Shown piece after piece: positions 27,144-36,900 of a stretch of DNA of 40,116 bases. The stretch's first letter is position 1. The number at the start of each line of letters is the position of its first letter. Under the pieces are notes generated by a model. The model saw only the letters and a list, made by a program, of their open reading frames with translations, was not told the origin of the DNA and searched no databases. The translations under genes and the position numbers were made by a program. This DNA is from a bacterium (GTDB lineage Bacteria > Patescibacteriota > Doudnabacteria > UBA920 > VMFF01): positions 1 through 40,116 of the forward strand of contig JAKCAE010000011.1 of NCBI GenBank assembly GCA_021842385.1, written 5' to 3'.

Positions 27144-27528
27144 TGGTGGAGATGGCGGGAGTTAAACCCGCGTCCAGAAAAGGTTCCCTTAACAATTATT
27201 CACAAGCTTAGCGCGCTTTAAAGCCTTGTAGCAACAAACGCGCGAACTAACCACAAGGTTTAGTTTACAAAGATTCTTTCAGACGCGTAAACCAAACATC
27301 TGAATATATCCTGCAAATGAGGTGCGTGATCTTTTGTCGCAGGAAAACAAAAGGCGCACGTTCTTACCTAAAGATTAAGCAAGAACAAGTGAAGGAAACG
27401 CAAAAGCGTTCTTCACCTTAGCAATGAAATTGCCAATTATGATTGTGCTCAAGAATATTACGAGATTTTGAGCATACTCGGCTTGCATATTTTTAAAGGT
27501 CACTTCCCTGTCAAAATCCGGCATCCCC
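27144..27528 (-). ncRNA. ssrA: tmRNA (385 nt); tag (A)GNFIAKVKNAFAFPSLVLA*
   Basis: 5' GGGGATG..TTTTGACAG; 3' GCGGG-TTTAACT-CCCGC-CATCTCC-A-CCA with G3-U70; tag ORF 27434-27375 after ATAATT; smpB present in window. Confidence 0.93.
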
Positions 27529-27602
27529 TTAAATTACTTGCCCTTTTAGAGCAAAGACTAGTATGACACAAAAAAAGCCTTTTTTCAAGGCTTTAAATAG
27601 TG

Positions 27603-27767
27603 CTAAGCATGAAAGAAAATCCCAAAGGTTTTGTTAACCAGCATCGCTATATACATCCTAAAAAACCCCCAGATGCCGTGATGTTTGTAACCTTCAATTA
27701 AAGCCTCCCTGTAAAGCAGTCCCATTATGATGATAACAAGGAGAACAAAAAGAATTGCTGATGTCAT
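27603..27767 (-). CDS. 54-aa small membrane protein (not in ORF track)
   Basis: MTSAILFVLLVIIIMGLLYREALIEGYKHHGIWGFFRMYIAMLVNKTFGIFFHA*; TGcTATACT 6 nt before ATG; hairpin downstream. Confidence 0.55.
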   Translation of the reverse strand: MTSAILFVLLVIIIMGLLYREALIEGYKHHGIWGFFRMYIAMLVNKTFGIFFHA

Positions 27768-27785
27768 ATATATAGTATAGCACCT

Positions 27786-27814
27786 TTGACTTCTGACCTG
27801 AAAATAGATATAAT
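27786..27814 (+). promoter_or_regulatory. Sigma70 promoter of the infC operon
   Basis: TTGACT-17 bp-TATAAT. Confidence 0.8.
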
Positions 27815-27862
27815 CTATTTGATCTAAAATTAAATTAGGATCAAAAGGACTACTTTAATAGT

Positions 27863-28369
27863 TTGTTAAAAACTAGAACAAACAACCAAATACGCGTCCC
27901 AGAAGTCCGGGTTATTGATGAAGACGGGCAGCAGCTCGGAGTCATGAAAACCTCTGAGGCTTTAAGCCTGGCGCAAGAGCGAGAACTTGATTTGGTGGAA
28001 GTGTCTCCCCAAGCACTACCGCCCGTAGTTAAACTCATTAACTTTGACAAGTACCGCTATCACCAGAAAAAGCTAGAGCAACAGCAAAAAAAGAAAATCA
28101 AGAAGATTGACGTTAAAGGAGTTCGCCTTTCCCTGCGCATTTCAGAACATGATATGAGCATTAAGGCTAAAAAGGCTTCTGAATTTCTTGAAGAAGGACA
28201 CAAGGTAAAAGTAGATCTCTTAATGCGCGGCAGAGAACAAGCACACCCGGAAATGGGTTTTGAAGTCATCAAAAAGTTTCTAAACTTTGTGCCCAACTAT
28301 GCCACAGAAGTTCCGGCAAAACGCCAGGGACCATTTATCTCAATACTAATAACTAAAAAAACAGCTTAA
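27863..28369 (+). CDS. infC: Translation initiation factor IF-3 (TTG start)
   Basis: [44 protein letters not shown]. Confidence 0.96.
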   Translation: MLKTRTNNQIRVPEVRVIDEDGQQLGVMKTSEALSLAQERELDLVEVSPQALPPVVKLINFDKYRYHQKKLEQQQKKKIKKIDVKGVRLSLRISEHDMSIKAKKASEFLEEGHKVKVDLLMRGREQAHPEMGFEVIKKFLNFVPNYATEVPAKRQGPFISILITKKTA

Positions 28370-28370
28370 C

Positions 28371-28565
28371 ATGCCTAAAATGAAGACCCACAAAGGAGCC
28401 TCCAAGCGTTTCAAGAAAACTGGCTCCGGAAAAATTGTTTACCGCAAAGCTGGACAAGATCACTTCAACTCCAGGGAAAGCGGAAAAACAACCAAGAACA
28501 AGAGACGCGACATGACTTTAACTAAGTCAAACCCAGGAATCGGAATTTTAATCACACATAAATAA
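28371..28565 (+). CDS. rpmI: 50S ribosomal protein L35
   Basis: [21 protein letters not shown]. Confidence 0.96.
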   Translation: MPKMKTHKGASKRFKKTGSGKIVYRKAGQDHFNSRESGKTTKNKRRDMTLTKSNPGIGILITHK

Positions 28566-28566
28566 C

Positions 28567-28911
28567 ATGACAAGAATAAAACGCGGAGTAGCCGCATCTA
28601 AAAGAAGAAAGAACTTACTAAAAAGAGCAAAAGGTTTTGAAAACAGAAGAAGCACAAACTTTGTCGCAGCAAGAGAAGCGCTCCTGCATGCAGACAAATA
28701 TGCTTACAGAGACAGAAGAAACAAGAAGCGCGACATGCGCGCACTCTGGCTCATTAGATTAAACGCTGCTTTAAGAGACAATGGCACAACCTACAGTAAA
28801 TTCGCCGGAGCCTTAAAGAAAGCAAAGATTAACCTCAACAGAAAGACTCTTTCTGAACTGGCAATCAAAAGCCCGGAAGCATTTGAAGCATTAGTAAAAC
28901 AGGTTAAATAA
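28567..28911 (+). CDS. rplT: 50S ribosomal protein L20
   Basis: MTRIKRG..AKGF..AYRDRRNKKRDMRALWLIRLNAA. Confidence 0.97.
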   Translation: MTRIKRGVAASKRRKNLLKRAKGFENRRSTNFVAAREALLHADKYAYRDRRNKKRDMRALWLIRLNAALRDNGTTYSKFAGALKKAKINLNRKTLSELAIKSPEAFEALVKQVK

Positions 28912-28918
28912 TAAGAAT

Positions 28919-28946
28919 AAAACACCCGCCGTTTGGCGGGTGTTTT
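28919..28946. terminator. Bidirectional terminator
   Basis: aaaacacccgcc-gttt-ggcgggtgtttt. Confidence 0.88.
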
Positions 28947-28967
28947 CTTTGGCCTTAAAACTAAAAG

Positions 28968-29546
28968 TTATTTAGTTGGGGCTGGGGTCTGAGTTGCTGG
29001 AGGAGTTGTTGCTGGTGTTTGTGCTGCTGGAGTTTGAGTTCCTGCATTTGCATTAGCACCGTTCTTCTTGTATTCCTCAATTGCTTGAGCAACACGTCCG
29101 TCTGCTTTCAATTCTTCAAAGAACAAAATTTGATCTCTGTTGATTTGCATAACGTCATCAGGACCGTGCAACTCATTACCTAATTTAACCAAGGACAACT
29201 GTGGCTGTTGGTTTTGGGTTTGGGTTGCTGGCTGACCAGATTGCAACTGTTCTTGCTGGTTAACCTGGAGGTAATAAATATCTTTCAAGGTTACATATTT
29301 ATCTCTCATATCAGAAACTTTACCAAAGTAAACCTGACCATTGGTTAGGAATACTGCCTGATAACCGGAAAGCTTTGTCTGGGACTTTGAACCCATACCA
29401 AGCTTGTCTCTAAACAAGAAACCTAAAACTGCTAAAACTACAACTACCACAATTACCAATACAACCCAAGGAGCGCGTGAGCCCCCCTGTGCTGGCATTG
29501 GTTGTGCCGAACCCATTTGAGGTTGGCCGTTCATCATTTGATTCAT
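28968..29546 (-). CDS. Conserved CPR-type membrane-anchored hypothetical protein
   Basis: TM followed by YQAVFLTNGQVYFGK..DIYYLQ..LVKLGNELHGP..INRDQILFFE. Confidence 0.8.
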   Translation of the reverse strand: MNQMMNGQPQMGSAQPMPAQGGSRAPWVVLVIVVVVVLAVLGFLFRDKLGMGSKSQTKLSGYQAVFLTNGQVYFGKVSDMRDKYVTLKDIYYLQVNQQEQLQSGQPATQTQNQQPQLSLVKLGNELHGPDDVMQINRDQILFFEELKADGRVAQAIEEYKKNGANANAGTQTPAAQTPATTPPATQTPAPTK

Positions 29547-29600
29547 ATGTTTATATATAACTATTAATTAATACCTAAAACTTTAAACCTCCGATATTTT

Positions 29601-30233
29601 TTAACAACGCAAGATCTCAAAAAGAACACTATTAACAACAAGCACAGAATCCTTTGGTTTAAAACCAAGAGATTCAGAAGAGTAGGATGTTTCTAAAACA
29701 TCACCTATTGCCTGAGAAAATTCGTAACCAAAACCATTTGAAGAAACGATGGCAACTTCTTGTTTAGTATTTGAACTTACTAAACCAAACCGTGCTATCT
29801 TTGGCGTTTCTTTAAAAACCAAAATATGTCCGACAGATGAGTTTGTAAGATTATTTACTGCCAGAGTTTCCTGATATGAAAAAGAGCCGACATTCAAAGA
29901 AAGAGAAAAACAATTAAGCTCCTGATTCAAACTAAAAGTATTCTGCAACTTTGGAATATATATTGCCCGTCCTGCAACTTCCGTATTACAGCTATCCAAT
30001 GCAGTTGCCTTAGCAACAAAACGTTTTTCAACAAAAACACCGCTACTATCAATTGCCGTAACATACTGGATATTCTTTGTCTCTAAAACAAAGCTATCTA
30101 CTGCAACAGGAGTAATTGCGGCGTAGGAAAAAGCCTCTACTCTAAGACCATAACTAAGTATGGCCAAAAGCGCAAAAATACTGTAAAAAACCGTGAATAA
30201 TTTGAACTTTTGTATGGATTTCATTAGGCTCAC
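29601..30233 (-). CDS. Hypothetical exported protein
   Basis: 210 aa ORF; signal-like N-terminus; TATAAT 6 nt before GTG. Confidence 0.6.
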   Translation of the reverse strand: MSLMKSIQKFKLFTVFYSIFALLAILSYGLRVEAFSYAAITPVAVDSFVLETKNIQYVTAIDSSGVFVEKRFVAKATALDSCNTEVAGRAIYIPKLQNTFSLNQELNCFSLSLNVGSFSYQETLAVNNLTNSSVGHILVFKETPKIARFGLVSSNTKQEVAIVSSNGFGYEFSQAIGDVLETSYSSESLGFKPKDSVLVVNSVLFEILRC

Positions 30234-30387
30234 TTAACGATTATATTATACCACGTTTAAGGTCTTTTTCCAAAAGAAACAAGACTCCCCTGTGGACAAG
30301 TTTAGAACATAAATTGTTAAGAAAAAAGTTAATCTGAAATTAATGTTGATCTGTTAAACTTTGTAAAACCATTAAAACTCAACAAAG

Positions 30388-30789
30388 ATGTTTTCTGATT
30401 ATACAACAGCTTTCAAAAACTGGTGCAGGTTAAAAATCAAGCTTTGGAACAGGCCCAAAACGACGGTTTTCAAGCAAGGAGATATTTGGTGGTGTAGCTT
30501 AGGAATGAATTTGGGTGAAGAAATCTTTGGCAAGGGTGAAAAACTTACCCGTCCGGTTTTAATCTTTAGAAAATTCACATCTAATTCTTTTCTAGGCTTA
30601 CCGTTAACTACCCAAGAAAAACAAGGTAGTTGGTATGTAGAAACAGAACTTAAAGGAGTCAAAAGATGGGCTATGCTCAACCAAGCTCGTATATTAGACA
30701 AAAAGCGCCTGACTAGCCGAGTCGGGGCGCTTGATAACGGACAATTAAATAGGGTTAAGAGACACTTCTTAGAGCTCTATTCTTCCTAA
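30388..30789 (+). CDS. MazF/PemK-family endoribonuclease toxin, solitary
   Basis: KQGDIWWCSLGMNLGEEIFGKG..RPVLIF..GLPLTT..NQARILDKKRL. Confidence 0.88.
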   Translation: MFSDYTTAFKNWCRLKIKLWNRPKTTVFKQGDIWWCSLGMNLGEEIFGKGEKLTRPVLIFRKFTSNSFLGLPLTTQEKQGSWYVETELKGVKRWAMLNQARILDKKRLTSRVGALDNGQLNRVKRHFLELYSS

Positions 30790-30878
30790 AAATCGTCACC
30801 CCGCCTTTTAAGGGGCGGGGCTCAGTGGGAAATCCCAAATTGTGTATATACAATATCAAAAGATTAAAAGTTTGTCAA
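30788..30878 (-). ncRNA. Candidate small-RNA unit (promoter + ~55-nt structured RNA) convergent on the MazF/PemK gene
   Basis: Minus strand TTGACA(30878-73)-17-TATTGT(30855-50), then ACAATTTGGGATTTCCCACTGAG-CCCCGCC-CCTTAAAA-GGCGGGG-TGACGATTTTT ending at the toxin stop codon. Confidence 0.6.
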
Positions 30879-30913
30879 AAATGAGCGAACTCATACAGAG
30901 TTCGTCCCATTGT

Positions 30914-33900
30914 CTACGGTGTTGTTGTGCCTGTATCCCCTGTTGCAACTGTTCCTGATGTGTCAGCTGCTGCTGTTGGCGTATCGCTTACTGTAGGAAC
31001 AGCACTAGGTGCAGGTTCTGTCACAGTTATGGTTTGATCGGTGGTTGCTGCTGTATCAGTTGAAACGGTTGAGCTTGTGTCTGTTGAGCTTGCTGTCGTA
31101 TCAGTTGGTGTTGTTGTTGCGTCAACAGGTGTTGTTGCAGTGTCAGAGCCTGTGCTTTGAGTTGTTGTTGTATCTGGGGAAACAGAAGAGCCCGAAGAAG
31201 CAGCGGGAGCGCTTGTTGTGTTCGTTGGTTCTGCATTACCACTAACATAACTGTTATTAATCATCAACAATACTCTTACTTTTCCTGATCCAGAAACCAA
31301 GCCATCCAAAGCTATACCAATTACAGGCATTCCGCTTTCATTTGGCTTTAATTTTCTTGCATGCCCTGAGACATCAGAGATTGTTAACTTGTCACCAGGC
31401 AATATTGAATTTTGAGTCAAACCATCCCCTGCTTCCACATTAATCATTCCAAATGTTCCAGAAGTAACAACATTCATAAACTCACCCTTAGGAATTACTG
31501 TGTTGCTTGAGGCTTTGGAAACAGGAGCTCCAGGGATGTCAAAATCTGACATGTTTCTGTCAGCAACACCGACAACGATTGTTGCTTTGATAACTTGGGA
31601 GTCGCCACTTGGAGATGTTACTTCTGCTAAACCGTTTGTTTCAGAGGCTAAAGATGTGTCTGCTTTAGAAACACTTAATATTGGGTTATTACCGACGATT
31701 GTTTCACTTTCAACACCTCTTAAGACCACAACATCACCTTGAGCAATATCTACATCACCAATATTTCTGGCAAGAATTGCGGTTGAACCAAGAACTTGTC
31801 CTAAAGCAACTAAGTCTTTCTTAACAATTAAGCTTGCGCCAAGAACTGCTCCGCCCTTTGCCCTGATGACAAATTGCTCAATGCCGTTGTTTCTAATGAC
31901 AAAGATGTTCTTTCCGGAATCCAACGCAATGCTTGTGTTGATACTGATAGCGCCGTTTGAGGCAATCATGAAGCGATTTACTTTTCCAGACTGCACTTGC
32001 AAGATGTCAGCATTAACTGCGGCTGTTGTGTTTGCAGTATCTGTAGCATTTACTGTTGTATTCACAGCTTGTCTGATGACAAAGGTTAGGGATGAGCTGG
32101 AAGAAGCAATTGATTCTGCAACATCTGCAGAACCTTGGGTGGTTGCAGAATCACCAGATGCAATCTGTTGAGCAGTTAAGGCTGCAATATCGTCATTTCC
32201 CAAAACAAAGGTGTTGTTAATTTGCTCGTATGCTGTTCTTAAGGAAACAAGGACCTTGCCTGTATGGATTGTTAAACCATTAACAACTTGCGAATTTTCT
32301 GAAGCATTAAAACCTGCCAAAGCCTGACCGACAACTCTTCCTGAAACTGTCGCGCGCATCGCAAATCCAGGGATTGATGAAGATGCTGTTAAGAAATCGC
32401 CTCTGGAAACAGGACCATTTTCATCAGTAATGTTTACCAAAGTTGTACCACTGTATGCCACGCTCTTTATGGCATCAACCGAATTAACAACCTCACCGTC
32501 TCTTGGCATACCTAAGACAAAGCCGCCTTTTTCAACTATCACACCAAAGATTGAAGAATCATATGGCTTAGTTGCTTTTGAAATATTTGCACCGATTATG
32601 GCAACAACATCTCCTGAAGAAGCATCGTCTGAGATGACAAATTCCTGAGTATATGTGGAAGCGCCGGTTGTAATGAACTGTCCACCAATTGTTATGGATC
32701 CTGAAACAAACATGTTTCCTTCAGTTGTAACTCTTAACTGGGTTGTAGAAACACCGCCAACCTCTGCCACTATCCTGAAGATGTCCGCAGCAACTCCTTC
32801 GGCAAAGTCAGCGGTTGATTGAATTGTTAAGCCTACCACTGCATCTGTGCTGTCGTCTGAAATATGAACTCTGGTTTCAGGAGTGCTTGTGCCAAAACCA
32901 ACATTGCCGTTTGTAACAATCAAACCATAATGCTTAACACCAGTTGCACCCATGTCATTAAAGATTGGGTTAATTAAGACTGCGGTTAAGGATGTTGCTG
33001 TTTGGGTTGTTCCGTCTGCTAAGGTTTTAACAGCATTCAATCCGCTTGCAATCTCAAAGGCAGCGCTTGGTGCTTCTGTGCCAAAACCAACATTGCCGTT
33101 TTCATCAAAGACAAATTGTGCTGGAGCTGTGTAGTACTGAGGGCGGATCAAAACACGAATTGTTGTAACAACAACTTTTGGATCAGCAGCAACAGGGTTA
33201 CCTAAAGCATCTAAAGGCGCATCTTTTGCCGCAATTGCCTGAGCTTGTTCTAAGCTGTAACCTTCCATAGCTACACCAACAACATATCCGGAAGAGGTTG
33301 CTTTTTTACCAACACCAGCAACAGAAGAAACTGTGATGTAATCACCAGGCTTAATCTCTCCGCCGTCAAGATTTACTTTTACCGACAACTGTCCAATCAA
33401 ACCAACAAGGGTGTTGTATGACGCAAAATGTGCATCGCAATCACTATCATCAACTTTACAAATTGGACCGTTTCCAACGAAGCCGGCGTTGTTAGAAACA
33501 ACACCAACTATCGGAGCAACAGAGCTGGTGGCTTTCTTAACAGTTTTTCCGGAAGAAACATCAAAGGCAACGATTTCTGAATCCTCTAGCTTGTTATTTG
33601 CGTCAGCATCTAAGAACCATTCTGCCAAGTCAGCACCAGTTGTGGTGTAAGCAACAGCAGAAGCACCACCTTGAATCTTACCTGCAACTGTTCCATCTGC
33701 TGTAGCAAAACCAATGAAGTAGTTATTAGCGTTTCTGCTACCATTTGCAATACCCAAGCTAATTAACAAACCATCTGCAGTTGTGCTTGTGTTTGTGTTA
33801 TTTATCCTTGCAACATACGTTGAAGCTTGAGAATCCTGAACAATGAGCTTGTAGCTAGAAGTAGCACTGGTTCCGAAAGCAATATTTCCGTTGTTTGCGA

Positions 33901-36900
33901 TATTTAATGATTTGTTCAAAGTCGTATCAGTTGCATAAGTTCCAACTATGCTCTGTCCGGTAGAATTATTATAGTAAAAATTCAGGAAAGATGTTGAAGA
34001 CAAAGCAGTGCTTGATATATATACGCCTAAAGTAACAGAAAAATCTATTTTGGTTCCAAAGCTTAAAACAGTGCTTGAAGATATTGTTCCTGTAACTGAA
34101 TATCCATTAAAGGTTGATGCGTCAGCGTAAGAAATGGCAAAGTTAGTAGCATCTAACATGGCAACTGCTGTGTGTATTGCATTATCTGTAGTAAAGTAAT
34201 ACTTAGACCCGAATGTGATTGTGTTTCCTGAATATGTCGCAGCAGCAGCAGCACCGTAAGATGAATTTCCTGTATCCTGGAATGAAACAATGAATCCTGT
34301 TGTTGATATGGCATCCATAGAAATCCAGGCAGTGTTCAATGAATTAAATGTAACAGCAGTTCCAAAGGTGATTGTAGTACCTGCGGTAACATCACCAATT
34401 ATAGATCTGCCGGTAGTTGCAGAAAGATAGCTTACCACAAATTTTGTTGAGGAAAGTGCTTTAACAACATTGTAGCTTGCTGGAGTTGCGGAAGCAGTAT
34501 AGTTTACTGCTGTGCCGTATGATGAAATTGTTGTGCCGGAAACAACACCGACTCTTGCCTGACCTCTGTTGTTTACACTGTCATTGTAGACTATGACAAA
34601 GTGCGTTGAATCTAAAGCCGCAACAGAAACATAATAGTTGTTAGTTGCATTTCCTGGAGTAACCGCAGCGCCACAACTAAATGTATTCCCTGAAATGGAA
34701 CAGACTTTTGCATAAATGACGGCGCCAGCTGAAGAAACCCAACCAACTACTATGTGTGTGCTATCAAGCACAGAAACACTGACCTGACCATGCAGAACCG
34801 TACCAGATGTTTCTATAGCTATTGATCCTGGCGTAGCACCCCATGAAATTGTATTACCCACGTACGTTCCAATGTTTACAGTAACAGCGTCAGCAGGACC
34901 TCCGTTATCGTAAACATACGCAGCAACAACATGGCTTGCATCCAACTTTACTAAAGACGTTGCTTGAACTGCTGCAGCAATAAACTGAGTTTGGGTGCCA
35001 AAGGAAGATGTGTATGTTGTGGCACTTGCCGGAATTGTTCCAATTATACTCTGCCCGGTAGATGTTGAGCGTCCGTATATATTCAAAAATCTAGTAGAAG
35101 AAAGCGCTGCATTTGATATATTTAGATTTTGGACTGATGCTTCTATGGCAACTTTTGTTCCAAAACTTAAAACAGTACTTGAAGATATTGTTCCTGTAAC
35201 TGAATATCCATAGCTGCTGGTCCCAGAAAATGTAATAGCAATATTTGTAGAATCTAACATGGAAACAGCTGTGTATGTCACAGCATCTGTTGTGAAGTAA
35301 TACTTAGACCCAAAGGTGATTGTGTTTCCTGAATATGTCGCAGCAATTGCAGCACCATTTTGTCCGTTTCCTGCGTCTTGATAGGTAACAATGAATCCTG
35401 TAGTAGATATTGTATCCATAGAAATCCAAGGAGTATTTGCTGAATTAAATGTAACAGCTGTCCCAAAGGTAATTGTTGTACCAGCTGTAACATCACCGAT
35501 TATTGATTTTCCTGTAGAAGAAGCTGTATGACTGACCACGAATTTTGTTGAAGAAAGCGCTTTAACAACATTGTAATTTGCTGTTGTTGAAGTTGCTGTG
35601 TAGTTGACTGCTGTGCCGTAGGATGAGATTGTTGTGCCGGAAACAACACCGACTCTTGCCTGACCTCTGTTGTTTACACTGTCATTGTAGACTATGACAA
35701 AGTGCGTTGAATCTAAAGCCGCAACTGAAATGGAATAGCTTGTACCAACAGTTGCAGGACTGTTAGAAGCGCCACAACTAAACGTTGTTCCAGAAATTGA
35801 ACACACTCTAGCGCTTATGGCACCGCCAACTGTTGTACTCCAAGCAACAACAATGTGCGTGCTATCTAATGCAGAAACACTAATATATCCTTGAGAAATA
35901 GCTCCTGTTGAATCATTAACCAAGTTTGACCCTGTAGCCCAAGCAATGGAATCATTAACATATGTTCCAACTTGCACATAAACCGAGGCATTTACACCAT
36001 CGTCGTAAACATATGCAGCAACAACATGAGTTGAATCCAATTTGACAAGAGATGTTGCTGCGGCATTGCCGCCCAAAAACTGTGTTTGTGTTCCAAAAGT
36101 AATAGGATTTCCCGGTCCATTTACGGCAAAGAGTGCGCTTGTGCTTACAGTTGTCTGAGAAATCTGAGCATTGCCTAAAACATCCAAGGCCTGAGTTGGG
36201 TTTGTCCCAACACCAAGCCAACCTGCTGAGCTAACTGTTGTAAGTGCTGTCCCTGCAGAATTCTGAACCTCAAAGAGATTTGCGCTCTGACTTGGAGCAG
36301 CTTGTACTACCAAAGGCTTATCATTTGCATCAATGGAGGAGATGAACTCACCACCGTTTGAAACTAAACCTCTATTTGCAGCAACTGTTGAAGCGGTTGT
36401 TCTGGCATAAACTTCAGGCACTGTATCTTGAACTAACTGCGCGCCCCAAGCAATGATTGTTCCGGTTGAACCATTTCCAGGCAAGATAACGGCTTTAATA
36501 TTTGAAGGCGTTCCTGTAAAGTTTTGAGTCACTGAAAATCTTTGCCAGGTTGTTGTTGCGGTATATGTTGTGGCTGTTCCTGTTGTTGGGGTTGCACCTG
36601 TTGAATCAATTCTTAATCCTGTTGTTACAGTTCCAGAGGTTGTTTTTGCCCAGAAGGAGAAAGTATAGTTGCCATTTGTTGTTGTGGTGTATGTTTGAAT
36701 GAGTGAGCTTGCGCCGGTTCCTGCAAGAGTATCACCAGTTGTAGTTCCATCAGGAGCTGCCGTTGAATTAGCAGTAACTGTAATACCAGTTGCAGCCCAT
36801 GCTGCGTTATCCAACTGCTCTGAGTATGTTAACAAGTTCTGGAATCTTCCTAACCCACCAAACCCGTTATTCAAGTTACCAGTGAACTCCTGATCACCAG

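Noticed and set aside
33930-36100. Diversity-generating retroelement TR/VR pair
   Set aside because: Both copies are in-frame coding, the mismatches inspected are synonymous rather than adenine-specific, and no reverse transcriptase is in the window.
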